This document shows, piece after piece, positions 11,996-21,341 of a stretch of 50,555 nt of DNA. The notes under the pieces were generated by a model. It did no database searches, was not told the origin of the DNA, and saw nothing but the letters and a program-made list of their open reading frames with translations. Numbering within the stretch: the stretch's first letter is position 1; each line of letters begins with the position of its first letter. The translations under genes were made by a program, and so were the position numbers. Source of the DNA: Bacteroidota bacterium (GTDB lineage Bacteria > Bacteroidota > Bacteroidia > Chitinophagales > UBA8649); NCBI GenBank assembly GCA_036128775.1, contig JAYYPZ010000116.1, forward strand, positions 1 to 50,555, read 5' to 3'.

Positions 11996-12891
11996 ATCGC
12001 TTTACCTCTTCATTAATCCACTGGCCCTCTATCCTTGTTTTGATTACAATCCTATTGGGCAATTGCTTTACCGCCCATAGTCAGTCGCTCAGCAAGTATA
12101 GATCCCATAGTGTTGACGTCAATGGTATTGAGCGAGATTATTTTATCTACGTTCCTGAAACAAAGTCGGGCTACTTTGACCTGCCTTTGGTATTGAATTT
12201 TCATGGTTACGGCTTATCCGCCCAAGACCAGATTGAGCGTTCGGACATGAGTGCTTTAGCTCAAAAGGAGCACTTTGTGGTTGTCTATCCCCAAGGAAGT
12301 CATCTCAATGGAAAAAGACATTGGCGCGTTGGATCCTATACAAGAGCTAGCCGTGCAGAAGATATCGCCTTTGTAGAAGAGCTTATTGATCATCTATCGG
12401 AAGAACTTCCAATAGACAAAGACAAGGTCTATGCTTGCGGATTTTCCAACGGAGGATATTTCAGCTTGCGCCTGGCCTGTACACGGCCAGACTTAGTCGC
12501 TGCGGCGGCTTCCGTTGGCGGCACGATGAGTCAAGAAAACTATGATGGCTGTCTAACTAGCCGCGGTGTACCCGTATTTCTTATCAATGGAAGTCAGGAT
12601 GCCATTGTACCATTACAAGGAAAGTCAGCTAAAGGATATATGCCCATTAAGACCGTAATTCAAAAATGGTGTAGGAAAAATGACTGTAACTACCGAAGTA
12701 ACCAAACCTTTACCTTGGACTGCGCCGAACAAAACAATGTCGAAAGAATACGTTATCTCGACGGCAATGGCACACTTCGAGTACAACAAGATGTTGTTCA
12801 AGGAGGAGGCCATGAATGGCTGGATGTCGAGGGGTGTGGTTATAACGCTTCTCGCCAGGTATGGCTGTTTCTAAGGCGATTTAGCAAATAG
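11989..12891 (+). CDS. Secreted PHB-depolymerase/LpqC family esterase
   Basis: PLVLNFHG, VVYPQG, GFSNGG nucleophile elbow, GGGHEW. Confidence 0.85.
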   Translation: MVNRFTSSLIHWPSILVLITILLGNCFTAHSQSLSKYRSHSVDVNGIERDYFIYVPETKSGYFDLPLVLNFHGYGLSAQDQIERSDMSALAQKEHFVVVYPQGSHLNGKRHWRVGSYTRASRAEDIAFVEELIDHLSEELPIDKDKVYACGFSNGGYFSLRLACTRPDLVAAAASVGGTMSQENYDGCLTSRGVPVFLINGSQDAIVPLQGKSAKGYMPIKTVIQKWCRKNDCNYRSNQTFTLDCAEQNNVERIRYLDGNGTLRVQQDVVQGGGHEWLDVEGCGYNASRQVWLFLRRFSK

Positions 12892-12895
12892 TAGA

Positions 12896-13198
12896 CTAAA
12901 GCTTATTTATAGCTCGTTCTACTGCCTTCCATGATCCACCGTTAATCACATCAAGACCAGCATCATGTAATATTGATCTTGCTTGCTCACTTCGTGCACC
13001 TGACCGACAACAGGTGATCACGGGCTTACCAGATGCTTTGATTTCCTCTGTTCTACTCTCTAGCGTATTTAAGGGGATGTTTTTAGCCCCTAAGGCACTC
13101 CCCGTGTCAAACTCTGCACCCGAACGAACGTCAATGACGATTGCCCCAGATTTCAAATAGCTTGAAAGCTTTTTATTGCCAAATAGAAAAGTAAACAT
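12896..13198 (-). CDS. Single-domain rhodanese
   Basis: IDVRS..EF, AKNIPL, CCRSGARS active-site loop, NGGSW. Start set at ATG 13198. Confidence 0.85.
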   Translation of the reverse strand: MFTFLFGNKKLSSYLKSGAIVIDVRSGAEFDTGSALGAKNIPLNTLESRTEEIKASGKPVITCCRSGARSEQARSILHDAGLDVINGGSWKAVERAINKL

Positions 13199-13353
13199 CT
13201 TGTTATTGCTTAAATCGAAGATTATAGATTCTAAATGTAATGGCAAATCATCATATTCTAGATGTCATACACCAACATTCACGAGAGTTTTCAACGCTTA
13301 CAAGCCCAAAAGAAGGCAAATATTATCTAGATTTAAGTCATAAATAACCAAAT

Positions 13354-14340
13354 ATGAAAGCCTTATATACTCTACTTTTTTCTGTTACTCTTATTTCTCT
13401 CCATGCACAAAGTATCACAGATCCTAACCTTCCTGCGGAGGGTAAGGTGATGAACTTTGATCAAATTGATGATACCATCGCTGTTAGCAGTGTAGGTCCA
13501 TGGGACTTCTCGACAATAAATCCTACGGCTTCTTACACGATGTCTATGTTTCCTATCGACTCCTCAGCCAATGGTTTCGCCTATCCAGCAGCAACTCACG
13601 TACTGGTTAGTGCGACGGGAGAGTTTTTTATGGGGTATGATCAAAATGGCATTACTAATCACGGAAGAATTTCTTCGGGTTTTACAGGTTTTACCACGAA
13701 TTATTCTTCTCCATTAACGCTAATTCCATTTCCTTTTGATGCGAATACCGTGCACGTGGATAGTGTTTCTTCAACGGCTACAGTTGGAGTAGTCCCCATT
13801 TCAGCTGGATTTACCGATAAGGCAGAAGTGACAGGAATCGCAGCAGGTGAAGTAACCATGCCGAATGGAAATACCTACCAGAATGCTGTAGTGGCCAGAG
13901 CCAAACGAACGCAGGTTGCAGGCCCCTCTCCTACGGGAAGCTTTCTCAGAATTGAAGAAAACTCTACTATTTTCTGGTTGCAAGGCTACCCATTACCTGT
14001 AATAGAAGTGCTTCATGTCTTCCAAGATGACAGCTTAATCTTCCAACGATCTCTTTTTCTACGTGAGGATAGCGTAATCCAACCTCCAGTAGGTATAGCT
14101 TCTCTTGAGAATATGTCGATTGAGCTTTTTCCTAATCCTGTAGGAAACACGCTAAAAATCAACACGGAGCACGCAGCCTCTCTAAGCTTGTATAACACAA
14201 AAGGTGACCTCGTTATTGCTAGTGAAGTTGCGGCTGGTTCCACCTCGATAGAAGTATCCAACTTGACGAACGGTATATACATTTACCACATCGTAGACGA
14301 CAAAGGCAATGTTTCCATGAATCAACTTCTAAAGGAGTAA
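13354..14340 (+). CDS. T9SS type A CTD protein of unknown function
   Basis: Signal peptide, WDFS motif, LFPNPVGN...GIYIY C-terminal domain. Confidence 0.8.
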   Translation: MKALYTLLFSVTLISLHAQSITDPNLPAEGKVMNFDQIDDTIAVSSVGPWDFSTINPTASYTMSMFPIDSSANGFAYPAATHVLVSATGEFFMGYDQNGITNHGRISSGFTGFTTNYSSPLTLIPFPFDANTVHVDSVSSTATVGVVPISAGFTDKAEVTGIAAGEVTMPNGNTYQNAVVARAKRTQVAGPSPTGSFLRIEENSTIFWLQGYPLPVIEVLHVFQDDSLIFQRSLFLREDSVIQPPVGIASLENMSIELFPNPVGNTLKINTEHAASLSLYNTKGDLVIASEVAAGSTSIEVSNLTNGIYIYHIVDDKGNVSMNQLLKE

Positions 14341-14368
14341 GATTTTACCAAGAATATATTGGGCCTAC

Positions 14369-14545
14369 CTACTGTTTAACAAACTGTAGGTAGTGCTCTT
14401 TATCCCCTAAGATCTTTACAACGTATATCCTCTGAGTTAAGGATGCCACATCTATAGCCTCATCCGAATTGGATAGATTGCCTTCGATATAGGTAGACCC
14501 TTTAAGATCCTGTATTGCGTAATATATATCTGTGCTACTGCGGGC
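14369..14545 (-). pseudogene. Orphan 3' fragment of a T9SS type A CTD
   Basis: Reads YYAIQDLKGSTYIEG...IDVASLTQRIYVVKI...QFVKQ* with no N-terminal domain or signal peptide; abuts the stop codon of the CDF gene. Confidence 0.65.
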
Positions 14546-14563
14546 AGACAAATCGACCAATGA

Positions 14564-15355
14564 TTATCTCGCCAGCTTAAGTATTCTAAATGCTCCTCGA
14601 AGAACGATTACAAAGACTACAGAACCAACGATTAGGTCTGGAAGTCTGTCTGATAAAACACTCACCAGTATACCCGCCAGAATAACTCCCGCATTAATAA
14701 TGATGTCGTTGCTTGTGAAAATCATGCTCGCTTTCATGTGGGCTTCTTCTGATTTTGATTTCTGTAATAGAAATAGACACAACCAGTTCGCAATTAGAGC
14801 AAACACTGATACGGTTATCATGGTGAGGTAGTCAGGCATGTCATCCTCAAAGAAATATCGTCTAAAGACCTCTGTGATTCCAATTAGAGCCAGAAGTACT
14901 TGAACATACCCACTGAACTTAGCTATTCGTTTCTTCTTTGCTACGACAGCACCAACGGCAAAAAGACTGAGGCCATAGACAAAAGAATCGGACAGCATGT
15001 CCAGACTATCAGCAACCAACCCCATTGAGTTAGATATCAATCCAAAGGTCATTTCCAGAACGAAAAAGACGAAATTAATGATGAGTACTTGCCAAAGCAG
15101 CTTGGACTGAAGCTTGTTATCACTTTCAACTTTCTCATCCGTATCTTCCGTTTTCACCAGCTCTGTATCCAGAGCCAGTGAGTCAAGAGAACCCAGAATG
15201 TCTTGGTCGCTTTCGTCATGGTAGACAGTAAGCTCTCTGTCCTCTATCTTGAAGTCAAGCTTTATGATTGTCTCATGACCACCAAGCTTCATACGAATGA
15301 GATTCTCCTCAGAAGGACAATCCATTTTCTTGATATGAAAGAGGCTTTTTTTCAC
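14564..15355 (-). CDS. Cation diffusion facilitator (CzcD-like) with N-terminal HMA-like domain
   Basis: GTG start VKKSLFHIKKMDCPSEE; SMGLVADSLDM, HMKASMIFTSND, PDLIVG motifs. The ORF-track extension through the tRNAs was discarded. Confidence 0.85.
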   Translation of the reverse strand: MKKSLFHIKKMDCPSEENLIRMKLGGHETIIKLDFKIEDRELTVYHDESDQDILGSLDSLALDTELVKTEDTDEKVESDNKLQSKLLWQVLIINFVFFVLEMTFGLISNSMGLVADSLDMLSDSFVYGLSLFAVGAVVAKKKRIAKFSGYVQVLLALIGITEVFRRYFFEDDMPDYLTMITVSVFALIANWLCLFLLQKSKSEEAHMKASMIFTSNDIIINAGVILAGILVSVLSDRLPDLIVGSVVFVIVLRGAFRILKLAR

Positions 15356-15456
15356 TGTTGCAAAATTACCGAGAACAGTTGAACCACTAAAACACAGTTG
15401 TGATAAAGGATTGAGAGAATTTAGTACCATTGCCCCAATTTGATCCAAAACCAACA

Positions 15457-15490
15457 AAAAAGCCCCGTATCCAATGATACAGGGCTTTTT
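15457..15490 (-). terminator. Terminator downstream of tRNA-Leu
   Basis: AAAAAGCCCCGTATC-CAAT-GATACAGGGCTTTTT; A and T tracts on both sides suggest it is bidirectional. Confidence 0.8.
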
Positions 15491-15500
15491 ATTTTGAGTG

Positions 15501-15585
15501 TACCCGGGACGGGACTTGAACCCGTACGGCCGCGATGGCCACTGGATTTTAAGTCCAGCGTGTCTACCAATTCCACCACCCGGGC
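15501..15585 (-). tRNA. tRNA-Leu(TAA)
   Basis: GCCCGGGTGGTGGAATTGGTAGACACG-CTGGA CT TAA AA TCCAG, long variable arm, GGGTTCAAGTCCC...CCCGGGTA. Confidence 0.97.
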
Positions 15586-15667
15586 CAATCATTGTACACG
15601 TTTCATTGAATGATACATTAAGCAACATAAAGAGAAATGTGTACAATCCTTGAGGAGAGATCGAATG

Positions 15668-15740
<73 letters not shown>

Positions 15741-15762
15741 TTTTCCCCCGAAATCGGGCTTA

Positions 15763-15770
15763 CAAAAATA
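15763..15770 (-). promoter_or_regulatory. Bacteroidota -7 promoter element for the tRNA-Gly/Leu operon
   Basis: TATTTTTG matches TAnnTTTG, 22 bp upstream of tRNA-Gly. Confidence 0.65.
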
Positions 15771-15789
15771 GAAATCTTTTCAAGAAATC

Positions 15790-16788
15790 CTAAAGTTTTC
15801 CATTTTCTTGATAGTAGGCAATCGTTGGGCCTATACCTTGCTGAAATGGATAGTCATGACGATATCCTAATGCACGTATTTTATCATCATTACATACCCA
15901 AGCAGACTGCACCCCTTCGCGCGCTTTTTCAATATCTAGCACAGAGCGTCGGCTTCGAAATCGATTCATAAGTCCCGATATACGGCCTACTAGATAGAGC
16001 ACCATATGAGGTATAGTTAGCGTGATATACTTTTTATTCAGCGTTTGACCTGTTGCCTTGGCAATCTCTGTCCAAGAAATGGCGGCATCACTGTAGGCAT
16101 AATACACTCCTTCGGCGTCATCATGTTCAGCAAGGAGCATAAGTGCCTTGCATAAATCCCTAACATAAATGAGGCTAACATGCTTTTCTTGTCGCCCAAC
16201 TTTTGGGAATAGACCTTGTCCTATACTCTTAAAGAAGGCATACATTTCTGTATCTCTTGGGCCATAGACTATTGGCGCTCTCAAAAGAGCAATTGGGCAT
16301 AAATCGGCATGTTGCTCGACATAGGCCTGTGTCATGGATTCCATTTCCATCTTACTTCTGCCGTAGGTAGACACGGGTGATGATGGGTCGGATTCCTTGT
16401 GTGGTGTCTCAAGCGACGTGGGCGCTCCAGCTGCGATACTACTTGTGACAATAATCTTTTTGGGAGGATTCTTGCATAGTTTTACCCCATCATAGACTCC
16501 TTGGGTAAGCGCAACATTACCTTGATAGTATCCATCGTAGTCTTTAGCGTTGGTTACGCCGGCAATATGAAATACATAGTCACATCCTTCAAATACCTCT
16601 GATAATGTACTAGGGTCTTTTAACCCGATACGGTGACATTGTATATCAAGATGGTCAATCCATGCTGTTGAGCTTGTCGAACGAATGATACCATGTACCT
16701 CATATCCTGATTCTAACGCAAATTCCGCAAGATGACTCCCTACAAATCCATTGATCCCAGTAATGGCAATTTTTGGCTTTGTTTTCAT
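15790..16788 (-). CDS. NAD(P)-dependent epimerase/dehydratase (extended SDR); candidate ceramide/3-keto-sphingoid reductase
   Basis: TGINGFVG Rossmann motif, HIAG, TSSIAA, YGRSK, VYGPRD; divergent from the spt-like gene. Confidence 0.8.
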   Translation of the reverse strand: MKTKPKIAITGINGFVGSHLAEFALESGYEVHGIIRSTSSTAWIDHLDIQCHRIGLKDPSTLSEVFEGCDYVFHIAGVTNAKDYDGYYQGNVALTQGVYDGVKLCKNPPKKIIVTSSIAAGAPTSLETPHKESDPSSPVSTYGRSKMEMESMTQAYVEQHADLCPIALLRAPIVYGPRDTEMYAFFKSIGQGLFPKVGRQEKHVSLIYVRDLCKALMLLAEHDDAEGVYYAYSDAAISWTEIAKATGQTLNKKYITLTIPHMVLYLVGRISGLMNRFRSRRSVLDIEKAREGVQSAWVCNDDKIRALGYRHDYPFQQGIGPTIAYYQENGKL

Positions 16789-16895
16789 GCCTTGAATGTA
16801 AGGATTTACTCATTATCCACGATTCTTACTACAATCCTTAGGTTGCAAGTGATAACAATCCTTAAATTCAGGCTATAATCAAGAAGACCAAGATT

Positions 16896-18107
16896 ATGGG
16901 AGTATTTGACAAGTGTTACAATTTCAACCGATCCGACGACATGAAGAGTCGCGGAGTCTACCCTTACTTCAGAGAGATTCAAGACAGTGAAGGGCCCGTT
17001 GTAACCATGGAAGGCAGATCCGTCATCATGGCCGGATCAAACAATTATCTCGGCCTTACCACCCATCCTCATGTAAAAGAAGCAGCCATTAAAGCAATTG
17101 AGAAGTACGGTACAAGCTGTTCTGGATCTCGCTTTCTCACGGGCACTATAGACCTTCATAATGAAATGGAGCATCGCATTGCGAAGTTCATGGGCAAAGA
17201 AGCTGCCTTACTTTTTTCCACAGGATTTCAGGCTGGACAAGGAGTTATCGCCCCATTGATGGCACGCGGAGAACATATTCTGAGCGACCGTGATAATCAT
17301 GCGAGCATTGTTGCAGGAAACATGCTTGCCTCTTCAATCAATATTAAAGTCGTTCGATATAAGCATAATGATCTAGAAGACATTGAGCGCAGGTTAAAAG
17401 CAATTCCACTCGAAGAAAACAAGATCATTGCGACAGATGGAGTATTCTCCACCTTTGGTACCGTAGCTCACTTGGATAAAATAACAGAACTTGCCAAGCA
17501 ATACAATGCACAAATTCTTGTCGATGATGCCCATGCCTTTGGAGTCATTGGCGACGGAGGTCGAGGAACAGCCCACAAGTTTGGGGTTCAAGATGATGTT
17601 GATCTCGTTGTTTGTACATTCTCCAAAACGCTCGCCAGTATTGGTGGCTTTGTCGTGGGCGAAGAGCGTGTAATCAATTATTTAAAACATAAAAGTCCAG
17701 CACTTATATTTAGTGCATCCCCTACTCCAGCTTCGGTGGCCTCAGCCATTGCTGCTCTTGATGTATTGGAAAAAGAGCCGGAACGCGTAGAAAAGCTCGC
17801 GTGGAACGCCAACTATGTGCGTGAAGGACTCAAGAAATCAGGATTTAATGTAATGGATGGTGAGACAGCCATCGTACCGATTATTATCGGAGATGACGAG
17901 AAATGTTTCTCTATCTGGCGAATGCTCTACGATGAAGGCATTTTCGTCAACGCCTTTATATCTCCTGCAACCCCTCCTGGAATGGCAATGCTTAGAACGA
18001 GCTATATGGCAACACATGAGGAGGAACATCTTGCAAAAATTGTTACCGTGTTTGAAAAGCTTGGAAAAAAACTTGGGCTGCTCGACGGGGTAAATACCGC
18101 TCACTAA
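16896..18107 (+). CDS. spt: Alpha-oxoamine synthase, serine palmitoyltransferase-like
   Basis: YPYFR, GSNNYLGL, SGSRFLTGT, NHASI, DDAH, TFSK (PLP Lys), LRTSYMATH. The YPYFR and RTSYMATH segments look more like bacterial Spt than BioF. Confidence 0.78.
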   Translation: MGVFDKCYNFNRSDDMKSRGVYPYFREIQDSEGPVVTMEGRSVIMAGSNNYLGLTTHPHVKEAAIKAIEKYGTSCSGSRFLTGTIDLHNEMEHRIAKFMGKEAALLFSTGFQAGQGVIAPLMARGEHILSDRDNHASIVAGNMLASSINIKVVRYKHNDLEDIERRLKAIPLEENKIIATDGVFSTFGTVAHLDKITELAKQYNAQILVDDAHAFGVIGDGGRGTAHKFGVQDDVDLVVCTFSKTLASIGGFVVGEERVINYLKHKSPALIFSASPTPASVASAIAALDVLEKEPERVEKLAWNANYVREGLKKSGFNVMDGETAIVPIIIGDDEKCFSIWRMLYDEGIFVNAFISPATPPGMAMLRTSYMATHEEEHLAKIVTVFEKLGKKLGLLDGVNTAH

Positions 18108-18119
18108 AACAACATCACT

Positions 18120-19445
18120 ATGGCAAAACAGCGTCAATTTCATTACGTACGTCAAGCCAATGGTAAAGAATGGTTTGAAGCTGACCAGAAACTCATCTTT
18201 GATAGTCATGATTTCTTAGCCCTTGATCGCTTTAAAGAAGATCTGGTGCTCATTGCAATACAGGTTAAACTTCTTCCGCGAATCAGCGAGGTGCTTGAAC
18301 AGCTCGGTCTCGACAGCAGCTTAGACTACTTTCAGAGTGAGTGCCGAGAAGTCATTTCCGTCCCAGAGAAGCATATTAACGAAAAGACAGGAAAAGGAAA
18401 TCTATCGTTTCAAGTCTACTTTAAGAATGTTCCTGAGTCCATGGCATCTATTAATGAAGGTGCATGCGTAGTGGTTGCATTACATCCATTGGACGAAGTA
18501 TCGGACTCAGGAGGAAAATCCTATCGCTTGGCCGGCTATGTGCACGCTAATCGTTTTCATTTCCGCGACCATACAGACAACTCCATCCAAGAGGGCTATT
18601 ACTACAATCTCCTAAGAATCTCATCCTACACTTCGAAAGAAGGTCGAAACATATACCGTCAATGCGGTATGTTTTCCTCCATTTTTGCCATTTTAAGCAA
18701 GATGTGTGATCTCAACGGGATTTCATGTACTTATGCTAATTTTGGCCGTGAAAATCGAGGCATGCAGCGCTCGATCAAGATTCTGACCGATCGCTTGAAT
18801 AAAGGATATGATCGTTATCCTGTGGATAGCTACACCCACATCAATTGGCTTTTTCGAAGACGAAGCCAAGCGAAATATCTCGTAAACATTAGTCAAGATG
18901 AAGCGGCACTTAAATCCTTCTACAACGAATCAATGGCTATACGTGAGAAGTATCTTTTCAACCAATATCCGAGGTTTGAAGATTTCAAGAAGATGCTTGA
19001 TCAAGTGTTAGCCTATTCTAAGTCAAGTGGTGTTTATTCCTATGTCGATAAGGACGGAGTAACGCGTGCATCTTGTTTAGCAATGAATTGGGGAGACTAT
19101 TTCGACATGACCTTAGATAATCCAAAAGGCTTGTTCAAGCTCATTGCGAAGTTGAAGCTCACGGATAAAATTCTTTTCCCTGTCCACAACATAGGTGAAC
19201 TTGACTACGTAAAAAAGTTGTGGCAAGGCTTGGCCTATAAGTTTGAAAAGGAAGAGAAGGTACATATCACACTGCTCAATACAATGGATGGTGATCCCTA
19301 TAAGTCTCTCAAGAAGAGCCCATTACACGATCCTTTTGTCTATTTTTCTATTAACAATACACAGGAAGAATACGATCGATTTAAGAAGGCTTCGACCTTA
19401 GAAGATGGTACATGTCCAGTCTTTATGGAAACACCACTTCTCTAA
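18120..19445 (+). CDS. Hypothetical protein, probable tandem-GNAT N-acyltransferase
   Basis: 441-aa ORF 12 bp after spt; YYNLLRI...YRQCGMFSSIF (motif A-like) and ANFGRENRGM (motif B-like). Confidence 0.55.
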   Translation: MAKQRQFHYVRQANGKEWFEADQKLIFDSHDFLALDRFKEDLVLIAIQVKLLPRISEVLEQLGLDSSLDYFQSECREVISVPEKHINEKTGKGNLSFQVYFKNVPESMASINEGACVVVALHPLDEVSDSGGKSYRLAGYVHANRFHFRDHTDNSIQEGYYYNLLRISSYTSKEGRNIYRQCGMFSSIFAILSKMCDLNGISCTYANFGRENRGMQRSIKILTDRLNKGYDRYPVDSYTHINWLFRRRSQAKYLVNISQDEAALKSFYNESMAIREKYLFNQYPRFEDFKKMLDQVLAYSKSSGVYSYVDKDGVTRASCLAMNWGDYFDMTLDNPKGLFKLIAKLKLTDKILFPVHNIGELDYVKKLWQGLAYKFEKEEKVHITLLNTMDGDPYKSLKKSPLHDPFVYFSINNTQEEYDRFKKASTLEDGTCPVFMETPLL

Positions 19446-19482
19446 GTATTACCAGTAATTTTTAACTTTTTGACCCCCTTAT

Positions 19483-19496
19483 CAAACAAACGTTTG
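19483..19496. promoter_or_regulatory. Palindromic operator upstream of the beta-oxidation operon (TetR-like)
   Basis: CAAACAAACGTTTG: CAAAC-N4-GTTTG, containing the perfect palindrome CAAACGTTTG. Confidence 0.55.
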
Positions 19497-19539
19497 GTAA
19501 AGTTGACTTCATGGGTTATTTTTAGAAAAACCCCGAACC

Positions 19540-21324
19540 ATGAAACAAGGTGGAAGTTGGCTTGCCCAACGTATTGCTGAAGGCGACGTTTTTGTCCCAG
19601 AAGAATTTTCCGAAGAACAACAAATGATACGAGACTCTGTTATTGAGTTTTGTGTCAAAGAAATTCAAGAGCCCATTAAAAAACGTGGGCGAGAACTCTC
19701 GGCATCTAAAGACCTTCCAGAAATCGTCGCTCTACTAGAAAAGGCTGGTGAATACGGATTCTGTGGTGTATCGATTGCTGAGCAGTATGGGGGAATGGAT
19801 CTCGACTTTAACACAGGCGTTCTTTTTGCCGAAGCTAATGCTCAAGGCTTTTCATTTGCCACTACCCTAGGCTGTCAAACATCTATTGGTTCGTTACCCA
19901 TTGTCTTTTATGGCAGTGAAGAGCAAAAAGCTAAATACCTACCAGGCATTGCCTCGGGTCAACTAAAAGCAAGCTATTGCTTAACAGAGCCTGGAGCAGG
20001 TTCAGATGCGAATAGCGGTAAAACCACAGCACAACTTACGGAAGATGGTAATTCATACGTTATCAACGGACAAAAAATGTGGATCACCAATGGTGGATTT
20101 GCCGACGTATTTATTGTTTTTGCTAAAATTGATAATGACAAGAATCTTTCTGCTTTTATCGTAGAAAAGAGTTACCCTGGCCTTTCCACGGGAGCGGAGG
20201 AAGAAAAACTAGGTATCAAAGGATCTTCTACGGTTCAGGTATTCTTCAATGATTGCCTTGTACCCAAAGAGAATTTGTTAGGCGAACGTGGAGGAGGATT
20301 TAAGATGGCACTCAATATCTTAAATACAGGACGCATGAAGCTGGCTGCTGGGGGAATTGGAGGATCAAAGTTTGCCCACACCAAAGCCATTGAATATGCG
20401 AACCAACGAGTACAATTTCGCGAACCCATTGCCAACTTTGGTGCGATAAAGCACAAGCTTGGTGAAATCGCGGTAAAAACATGGATGCATGAGTCTGCGC
20501 TGTACAGAACAGGGAAGCAAATTGATATAAAGACTCAAGAGTTGGTAGCACAAGGACAATCTGCCTCTGAGGCTAAAATCAATGCCGTACGAGAATATGC
20601 TATTGAAGCGGCTTTACTCAAATTTACCTGTAGTGAGGTAATGGACTATTCCATTGATGAAGCATTACAGATCTATGGAGGTATGGGATATGCTGTAGAA
20701 ACGGGCATTGAAATGGGATACCGCGATTCCCGTATTCTTCGAATCTACGAGGGTACCAACGAAATCAACCGCATGTTGTCACAGGCTGAACTCGGTCGAC
20801 GTATCGCAAAAACAAAAGAGCTTAGTTTACGACCAGCGACTAAAATGGTCCGAGACCACATCATTAAGCGAATCTTCTTTAGAGGGGCTGATGATGAAGC
20901 CACAGCGGTATTTAACCTCAAAGTTGCCTTTCTCTATCTATCAGGTGTTGTAGGACGCTCTATGGGTAAAGAACTGGTGCGAGAACAAGAGATAGTGATG
21001 AATATGGCCGATATGATGGCCGTAGCCTTTGTTGCGGAATCAGGTTGGTTGCGTTATAACAAACTTAAAGAACAACAATTGGTCAATCAAGAAACGCTTG
21101 ACATCCTTTTTAAAGTAAATCAAGTCTATCTATTTAACGCATTAACCTCAGCACAACAATGGGGTAAAGAAATCATTTATGCCTTTACGGAAAACAACCC
21201 AAGACAACGTAAGCGCATGATGGCAAGACTTAATGCATTGACTACGCGCTATGCAGTTAATGCCAAAAATCTACGTCGTGACATCGCGGAGTATAGCTGT
21301 GCCAAAGGAAGCTATCCATTTTAA
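19540..21324 (+). CDS. Acyl-CoA dehydrogenase (long, about 600-aa type)
   Basis: CLTEPGAGSDA, NGQKMWITNG, KLGIKGSST, QIYGGMG, RIYEGTNEINR. Confidence 0.93.
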   Translation: MKQGGSWLAQRIAEGDVFVPEEFSEEQQMIRDSVIEFCVKEIQEPIKKRGRELSASKDLPEIVALLEKAGEYGFCGVSIAEQYGGMDLDFNTGVLFAEANAQGFSFATTLGCQTSIGSLPIVFYGSEEQKAKYLPGIASGQLKASYCLTEPGAGSDANSGKTTAQLTEDGNSYVINGQKMWITNGGFADVFIVFAKIDNDKNLSAFIVEKSYPGLSTGAEEEKLGIKGSSTVQVFFNDCLVPKENLLGERGGGFKMALNILNTGRMKLAAGGIGGSKFAHTKAIEYANQRVQFREPIANFGAIKHKLGEIAVKTWMHESALYRTGKQIDIKTQELVAQGQSASEAKINAVREYAIEAALLKFTCSEVMDYSIDEALQIYGGMGYAVETGIEMGYRDSRILRIYEGTNEINRMLSQAELGRRIAKTKELSLRPATKMVRDHIIKRIFFRGADDEATAVFNLKVAFLYLSGVVGRSMGKELVREQEIVMNMADMMAVAFVAESGWLRYNKLKEQQLVNQETLDILFKVNQVYLFNALTSAQQWGKEIIYAFTENNPRQRKRMMARLNALTTRYAVNAKNLRRDIAEYSCAKGSYPF

Positions 21325-21341
21325 CTCAAAAACTTATACCT

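Noticed and set aside
14343-14354. 12-bp match (TTTTACCAAGAA) to the SGNH 51-bp repeat
   Set aside because: An AT-rich 12-mer match is plausible by chance in 50 kb, and the flanks do not align.
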